From the NCBI RefSeq assembly GCF_009914755.1, contig NC_060933.1: a DNA stretch of 64,000 bases. The stretch is one strand, 5' to 3'. The DNA is from the human T2T-CHM13v2.0 reference genome, Homo sapiens. The notes beneath the pieces are model-generated. The model saw nothing but the letters and a program-made list of their open reading frames with translations. It did not search any database and was not told where the DNA came from. Below, piece after piece: positions 54,714 to 64,000 of this stretch. The translations under genes and the position numbers were made by a program. Each line of letters opens with the position of its first letter. Positions within the stretch are counted from its first letter, which is position 1.

Positions 54714-55699
54714 TGAGGCCACGTGGCCTGTGTCCAGACACCAGGTGACCAATAGGGAACCATGAGGTCCTGGAAGTTGTCACTCTGAGAGTAAGGAGCC
54801 TAGTGAGACCCCATCTACCTATTTGTTCACTCACTTGCTTGATTATTCAATAAGCTTTCCCTGTGCTAGGCCCTGGGCCCCAAACATGAATCAGGCACTG
54901 GCACGAGGCACTTGGCCTCCACTGGGAGCAGGTGGAAAGGGGATAAGACACCTACAAATACTTCTGATCCAGCGAGCTATGACGGCTGGGGAGGTGTGCC
55001 TGGAATCAACAGAGCAAGGAGAGAGCATGGCTGTTTGGCAGGGAGGGCAGGGAGAAGGGTCTGGAAGCTTCACAGACAACCGTCTCACCCATGGGCCTTG
55101 TGCAGGCAATCAAGGCAGGGAGGGATGTTACAGGAAGGAGACACCATGAGCAGAGGCCCCACGATGGAAGCACGTTGGCTGGCCCCAAGCAGCACAGGAC
55201 GTGTGGGCGAAGAGTGTGGCGGGAATGGGGGCTGTGGTTGTGGAGGATGGAGATGAGGCTGGCAAGTCTAATCTCAAAGGCTAAAGAGCTCAGATGTACC
55301 TGTATCCTGCAGGTAGCAGGCAAACCCTCCAGCGCCCATTCAGAACAGAACCGTGCTCCCCATGAGATTTTGGAAGGGAGGGGCTTCTCCAGGCCCTGTG
55401 TTGCCAAAATGACAGAAGGTTCTCTGAGGCTGCGCTTATGTAAGGCTTCCTCCTCCCTTCGCAGATGTGATCAGTGGGGAAGTGTGGGCAGAGACTCCCA
55501 CCTGCTACCAAGAAGAACGCACTCAGTCATGTAAGGTCTCGTGGAACAGACGAGGTGAGCTCCCTTTCTCTAGAGGCTGCTTGGGGCCTCCCGGGCTGAG
55601 GACACATCTTTGCCCTGAGTCACGTGGCAGCTGCATGGTGTGGCTGTGGTGGGGCACGAAGAACTGTTACAGCAGCCCAGGAAGCTGAAGGGGAAAAGC

Positions 55700-55903
55700 C
55701 CAATGATTATTATCGTTGGGCCAGACCATTGTTTGTTGTGGGGGTCTGTCTTGTGCATTTCAGGTTGTCTAGCAGCAGCCGTCGGCTTGACCCACTAGAT
55801 GCCAGTATAGCAACTCCCTTCCCCCAGTATGACAACTAAAAATGTCTCAAATCGTGGCCAGATGTCCCCCTGGGAGTTAAAATTGTCCCCAGTTGAGAAC
55901 CAC
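55700..55903. mobile_element. MER20 DNA transposon
   Basis: CCCACTAGATGCCAG...GACAACTAAAAATGTCTC...CCCCAGTTGAGAACCACT. Confidence 0.8.
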
Positions 55904-56246
55904 TCGTCTCTCTAGACTTCAGGGAAGACATGGATGCCTGACCACTGGAAGTGTCCCAATTCTTCCAGCGAGATGCAGAGCTCCCCGAGAGCATGTGCCT
56001 GCCTTCTTCCACCTCTCAGGGGGCAAAGGACAGGGTATATTTCATCACATATTTGTGGACTATCTCAAAAAGGAATGTGTCTAACTTACTGCTTAAAACA
56101 TCTGGAAAAAGAGCAGGCTGGGGATGTAGAAAGTCAATGGACAGTCGGTGCTTCTTCCAATACTTTGCTAGGGTCTCAGAGTCCCTCACATGTAAAACAA
56201 GGGGGTTGAAAGAGATGATCTTTAGGGCTCCCTCTCCTTTTTTTTA

Positions 56247-56551
56247 AAAAAAAAAGACACGTGGTCTCTCTCTGTCACCCAGGCTGGAGGACTGGAGTGC
56301 AGTGATGTAATCATAGCTCACCGCAGCTTCAAGTTCCTGGGCTCAAGCAATCCTCCTGCCCCAGCATTCTAAGTAACCAGGATTATAGGTGCATGCCACC
56401 CTGCCTGGCTAATGTTTTTGTAACTTTGTGTATGTGTGTGTAGAGTCAGGGTCTCGCTATGTTTCCCAGGCTGGTCACAAACTCCTGGGCTCAAGTGATC
56501 CTCCTGCCTTGGCCTCCCAAAGTACAGGCATGAGCTACTGTGTGCCTGGCC
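56247..56551 (-). mobile_element. AluJ
   Basis: Diverged reverse dimer. Confidence 0.88.
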
Positions 56552-57041
56552 CCCTTCTACTTTTGAACACTATGATTCCATGTCAGTAAGATGAATAAGG
56601 TGAATATGTAGGAAATGTTACCCATGAATTCTGAAGGTGGCTCCTATGGGCCAGATGAGTCTCTGTCTTGGGTAACCTGGGCATTTTTTGATGACAAATA
56701 ACTGATCAGATGGTTTGTGAGATTCTCTCTGCTCTCTTGGGTTAAATGAGTAAGCCCAGATTTCCCCGGAGAATCTCTGAAAGGTAAACACTTCTGGAAT
56801 GTTGGTCATTGCTGCAGTTTCTCAAAGACCATTAGAATCTAAAGACAAAGAATTATGGCTCTACCACTCACGAGCTGGGTGACCTTGGACACATTATTTA
56901 ACCTCTCTGAGCCTTAGCTTTCTTCTCTGTAACCTGGAGTACAGAGCTTAAATCTCAGGATTGTTGGGAGATGTGCGAAATGCTAACAGAGGACTTTTAG
57001 TTTCAGCTCTGACGCATAAAGAGCTTAGAAGTCATTGCTCC

Positions 57042-57174
57042 TGGCTGGGCACAGTGACATATACCTGTAATCCCAGCACTATGGGGGCCGAGGCTGGAGG
57101 ATCCCTTGAGCGCAGTAGTTCAAGACCAGCCTCAGCAACATAGTGAGACCCCCATCTTTATTTAAAAAAAAAAA
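57042..57174 (+). mobile_element. Alu monomer (FLAM-like)
   Basis: Left monomer with A tail. Confidence 0.85.
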
Positions 57175-57647
57175 TGAGAGAAGTAGTCACTCCCATCTTT
57201 ACAACAATAAAAAAAAGCTGAACAAATTGAAAAATCAATGACTTTTCTAAGATCCATGAGTACTGAGGTCACAGGACAAGCCACCACCCTAAAAACCATT
57301 GAGACCTGTGAATATAGAGAATCACAGCTGAGTTCAGCTTACCAGGAGCAGAAGCTTCTGGAGCCAGGAGCTGATAAGAACATTTCACTCGTAATTGATG
57401 AGTTGCTAGAGACAGTGTGAGGCTCAACCTTTAACTAGGTTGAGTTAAAAACGCCTGGGGGCCAGTCTTAGGGGGTCTCCCACCTTTTTGTGAGTGGGGC
57501 TCCAGGAGCCCCACCAGGTTCTCAAGAAAAAGATTAGAGAAAATCTTCTCATGCTTCAGAAAGGGGTGGGGGAGGTAACCATTTTGGAATATGCCTAGAG
57601 CACTCTCCATAACAAAGGCCTGCTAATGCGGGAAACTATTATTTATT

Positions 57648-57962
<315 letters not shown>

Positions 57963-60916
57963 AGAAACTACTTTAGTAGAGGCTGATCTGACCTAGGGGA
58001 AGGGCAATTAGGTAACTCTAGCTTTTCTAGCCTTTCTAGTTTTCACACATAAAGGGAGAAAAAAGGGGCTAAGAAGCACTTCTGAAAGTCACAGCCCATG
58101 GACTCAAGCCCACTAGGAACAGATTTAATCTCAAGATTGTAAAATGTTTCTCTACCCAGCACCTTATCACCACATCAGCAGGGTTCACTCCAGTGCAATA
58201 ACAGTGGATTCCAATTGAGAGAGATCCAAGAAAAAGATTCCATTTAAGGAGTTTTTAAGGAAATACGAAGGCAATAGGGAGAGAAAAAAAAACAAAACAA
58301 AAAAAACAATTGGAGGAAACCGAAGCTTCTGGCACCTATGACTACAGCAAACATTAAACACAGCCCAGCTCCTAGAAAGATAAATATAAAACCTCACACT
58401 GAAAGCCTGATTACCTTGGTTCCTATTATCAGGTACTTCATGGCTGGCTTTCAACAAAACATTACAAGACCTGCTAAAAGGCAGGAAAATATACAGTGCA
58501 AAGAGACAAAGCAAGCATGAGAAACAAACTCAAGTATGACACAGATGTTGGAATTATCCAATGGAGAATACAAAATAATGATTAATATGTTAAAGTCTCT
58601 AATGGAAAAAGTAGGCAACATTCAAGAACAGATGGAAAATGTAAGGAGAAATGGAAACTCTAAGAATCCAAAAGAAATGCTAGAAATAAAAAACATTATA
58701 ACAGAAATGAAGAAGGCTCTCAATGGGCCCATCAGCAGATTGGATACAGTCAAAGAAAGAATCAGTGAGCTTGAAGATATGTCAATAGGAATGTCCTAAA
58801 CTGAAACAATGAATTAAAGAAAAAAAATACTGAAAAAAAGGAGACTATCCAGGAACAGTGGGACAATGACAAAAAGTACAAAATATATGTTATGAGAATA
58901 TCGGAAGGAGAAGAATGAAGGGAGCAGAAGATAGATTTGAAGCCGTAATATTTGAGAATTTTCCAAAATTACAGACAGACACCAAAACCACAGATCTAGA
59001 AAGCTCACAGAAAACCGTGCAGGACAAATAACAAAAATCTACACCTAGAGAAAATCATATTTAAACTGTAGAAAACCAGAGACAAAGAGAAAATCTTGAA
59101 AGAAGCCAGAGAGGAAAAATAATACCTTACCTATACAGGTAAGGTATATATGCCTTAGGTAAGGTATATATAATGCCTTAAGGACAAGAATTACACCAGC
59201 CATCTCACCTAAAACCATGCAAGCAAGAAGAGAGTGGAGTGAAATACTTAAAGTATTAGAAAAAGAAACCCCACCAACCTAGAATTCTGTATGGAGTGAA
59301 ATTATCCTCCAGAAATGAAGGAGAAATACACTCTCAGACAAACAAAAACTGAAGGGATCTGTTGCCAATAGACTTGCTTTGTAACAAATATTTAAAAACA
59401 AATTTCAGAGAACAGAAAAATGATATGGGCCAGAGACTCAGATCTACATAAAGAAAGGAAGAGCATTAGAGAATAAATAATAGAAGATACAATAAAATGT
59501 TTTTTCTTAATTTTAATTGATCTAATAGATAATTGTTCAAAGTAATAATAGCAACACTGCATTGGGTGATTATAGCTTGGGGATAAGTGAAATGAATAAC
59601 AGCAATGTTATAAGGCATGGAAAAGAGAAATCAGAAGTTCTCTGTTATAAAGTACCTGCACTATCTGTTAAAGGGGTATAGTGTTATTTGAAAATGGACT
59701 TATTAGCTGGAAACTAATTGTAAACTCTAGGATAATGACTATTTTTAAAAAGGAGTATAATTGCTAAGCTAAAAGAGGAGATAAAGTGGAATTATACAAA
59801 ATTCTCTATTAAAACCAGAAAAGGCAGAAAAGAGAAGTAAAAACAGAAACAAAGAACAAGTCAGTGAATAGCAAGCTGTTACAAACATTGATAGGTATCA
59901 ATCCAACTATATCAATAAGTATTTTAAATGTGAATGGTTTAAATAAATTAAAGGACAGAGACTGTTGAGAGGATTAAAAAACGAGACCCAACTGAAACAC
60001 AGCTTAAAGATAAAAAGAAACACACTTTAAATGTAAAAACAACAAAAAAAAGATAGATAAAAAAGCAAAGGGTTGGAGGAAGATATATCATGATAACCCT
60101 AACTAAAAGAAAGTTACAGTAGCTATATTAATTTCAGACAAAGCAGACTGCAGAACAGGGAAAATTATCAGGGATAAAGGTGAGTAATAATGATAAAGGG
60201 ACAATTCTCCAAGGAGACATAATAATCCTTAACATGTATGCACCTAACAATGGAGTGTCAAAATATGTGAGACAAAACTGATAGAACTACAAAGAAAAAT
60301 AGATAAATCTACTATTATAGGTGGAGACTTCAACACCCCTCTATCAGTAACTGACAGATCCAGCAGGCAGAAAATTGGTAAGGGTATAGTTGAACATAGC
60401 AGCACCATCAATCAACTATGTCTAATTGACATGTATACAATACTTTATCCAACAAGAGTAGAATATACATTCTTCCCAGTTCAAATGAAATATTCACCAA
60501 GACAGACTACATTCTAGACCACAAAACACACCTTTTTAACACATTTAAAAGAATAGAGATCATACAAAAAATTCTCTCAGGCCACAATAGAATTAAACTA
60601 AAAATCAATAACAGAAAGACGGTTGAGAAGTCCCCAGATATTTGGAGAATAAGTAGCACATGTCTAAACAACATATAGGTCCAAAAAAATCTCAAAAGAT
60701 ATTTAAAAATATTTTAAACTAGGCGAAGATTAAAATATAAATTATTGAAATTTGTGGGATCCAGTGATATTAGTGCTTAGAAGAACAATTTATAGCAATA
60801 GATTAGACAAGAAGAAAGATCTAAAATCAATAAGCTTCCATTTTAGGAAACTAGGAAAAAAGTAAATTTAATCCAAAACAAACAGAAAGAAAGAAATAAT
60901 AAAAATCAGAACACAA

Positions 60917-61419
<503 letters not shown>

Positions 61420-61916
61420 TTACAAATTACTAATATCAGAAATGAAAGAGGGATCATCACTATCACTACTTATCCCATGGATATTAAAAGGAAAATAAAG
61501 AAATATTACAAATAAGTCTATGTCTACAAATTTGATTAGATAAAATAGATCCATTCCTTGAAAGAAATAATTTATGAAAACTCACACGAGAATAAACAGA
61601 TAATCTGAATAGGCCTTTATCTATTAAAGAAATTAGATGAATAATCAATAACTTTTCAAAAAAGAAAGCACCATGCCAGCTAGCTTCATTTGGTGAGTTC
61701 TAACAAACGTTTAAGAAGGAAATGATACAAATTCTCTACAATCTCTTTCAGAATACAGAAGCAGAGAAAACACTTCCTAACTCATTCTGTGAGGCCAGCA
61801 TTACCCTAATACCTAAACCAGATAATGATATTACCAGAAAGAAAAACTGCATACCAATATTCCTCTTGAGCATAGATGCAAAAACCCTCAATAAAATATC
61901 AGCAAATTGAATCACA

Positions 61917-62220
61917 GGCTGGGCACCAATATAATTCCAACACTTTAAGAGGCCAAAGTAGGAGGATTGCTTGAGTCCAGGAGTTTGAGACCAGCCTGGG
62001 CAATCCTGTGAGACCCAGTCTCTACAAAAAATTTTTAAAAATAAATTAGCCAGGTGTGGGGGCACATGCCTGTAGCCCTAACCACTCAGGAGGCTAAGGC
62101 AGAAGGATCACTTAAGCCCAGGACTTTGAGTCTGCAATGAGCCAAGATTGTGTCACTGCACTCCAGCCTGGTCAACAGAGCAAGACCCTATCGCTAAGGA
62201 AAAAAAAAGAAAAAAAAAAA
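61917..62220 (+). mobile_element. AluJ inside L1 ORF2
   Basis: Diverged dimer with A tail. Confidence 0.88.
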
Positions 62221-63814
62221 GGAATCATATACCATGACCAATGCGATTACTTCCTCAACTTGATAAAGCAATATCTACAAAAAAATCTTATAGTTTAATG
62301 GAAATAAATTAGACGCTTGCCTCTTAACATCAGGAAGAAAAAGTCCCCCCCCTTACCATTCCTGTCCAACATTGGACTAGAAGTCATAGCTAATGCAGTA
62401 AGACAAGAAAAGGAAATGAAAGGTATAGAGATTTGGAAGGAAGAAATAAAATTTTCTGTGTTCAGTGGATTGTCAATGTAGAAAATCCCAATGAATTGAC
62501 AAAGAAACCTCCTGAAGTAACAAATGACTATAGTATGTTTGAAGGATACAAGGTTATTATAGGAAAGTCAATTTTTAAAAATATATTAGCAATGAACAAA
62601 TGGAATTTGAAATTAAAAACATATTTGAAGTTAAAACCATTTACATTAGCACCAAAATAAAATAAAATATTTAGGTATAAATCTAAGAGAATATGTGCAA
62701 GATCTATATGAGGAAAACTAGAAAACTTAGATGAAAGAAATAAAAAGAAGATCTAAATAAATGAAGAGCTACTTCATGTTTATGAATAGGAAGATCATTA
62801 TTGTTCTTTCTGACTTGATCTATGGATTCAACACAATCCAAATGAAAATCCCAGCAAGTTATTTTGTGGATATTGACACACTAATTCAAAATTTATATGA
62901 AAGGACAAAAGACCAGAATAGCAAACATAACACTGAAGAAGAAAAAGAACCAAGTCAGTGGACTGACACTGCTCAACTCCAAAATTTACTATAAAGCTCT
63001 AGTAATCAAAACAGTATGGTATTAGTAAAAGAATAGGTAACTAGACCAATGGAACAGAAGAGAGAGTCCTGGTAGGCCCCTGTGAATATAGTCAACTGAT
63101 CTTTGACACAGGAGTAAATGCAATTCAATGTAGAGAGGTTAGTCTTTTCAACAAGCTGTGCTGGCACAATTGTGCATCAATAAGCAAAACAAATAAATAA
63201 GAGAATCTAAACACAGAACTTACACCTTTCACAAAAATGAAGTCAAAATGGATCACAGACCTACGTGTAAAATACAAACTATAAAATTTCTAGATGATAA
63301 TATGGGAGAAAATCTAGATGACCTCGGGTTTGGCTATAAAATTTTAGACACAAGACCAAGAGCAAGATTCATGAAGGAAAAAAATTGTTAAGTTGAACTT
63401 TATTAAGATTAAAAACTTCTCCTCTGAAAAGACATTGTTAAGAAAATGAGATAAGCCACAGACTGGGAGAAAAGTATATGCAAAATATATATCTGATAAA
63501 GAACTTGTCTCCAAAATATACAAAGAATTCTTAAAACTCAACAATTAAAAAAACTCAATTAAAACATGGGCAAAAGAGCTGAACAGACATCTCACCAAAG
63601 AAGTTATACAGATGACAAATAAGCGTATGTAAAGATACTCAACATCAAATGTCTTTAGGGAATTGCAAAGTAAGACAATGAGGTGGCACTATATACCTAT
63701 CAAAATGGCTAAATCCAAAAAACTGAGTACACTAAGTGTTGACAAGGATGTGGGGCAAAAAGAACTCTCATTGATTACTGTAGGAATGCAAAATGGTACT
63801 ACTACTTTGGAAGA

Positions 63815-64000
63815 CAGTCTGGCGTCCCTCAGCATCCACAGGAGATCAGTTCCAGGTAACCCCACCGCTACCAAATTCTGCAGATACTCGAGTTCCTTAT
63901 ATAAAATGGTGTAGTATTTGCATATAACCTATGCACATCCTGCTGTATACTTCAAATTATCTCTAGATTACTTATAATACCTAACACAATGTAAATGTTA
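63815..64000 (+). mobile_element. MER2 (Tigger-derived DNA transposon), cut by the window end
   Basis: CCTTATATAAAATGGTGTAGTATTTGCATATAACCTATGCACATCCT...CTCTAGATTACTTATAATACCTAA matches MER2 as I recall it. Confidence 0.85.

Overview
Repeat-rich primate (most likely human) genomic DNA, not prokaryotic. The left part holds a ~6.8 kb HERV-H provirus (3991-10760, + strand) with two ~98%-identical LTR7 copies, a perfect tRNA-His primer binding site and decayed gag/pro/pol/env. The only credible host coding sequence is a minus-strand terminal exon (36572-36864) that I recognise as the C-terminus of the tubulin polyglutamylase TTLL11. That would make 36865-64000 intronic and put the 3' UTR to its left; the locus would be 9q33.2, next to DAB2IP (from recall, not checked). 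The rest is Alu, L1, MIR, MaLR and MER elements plus microsatellites. The most unusual structure is two ~300 bp local inverted duplications (12808-13131/13970-14286 and 17976-18253/19913-20190). Both are about 96-97% identical and both are pasted cleanly into + strand L1 3' fragments. One of them creates a candidate new 57-nt exon on the HERV-H sense strand. I see no evidence for a new multi-gene system; the best candidates for novelty are these structural and regulatory observations. Repeat boundaries are approximate, and identities were counted by eye.
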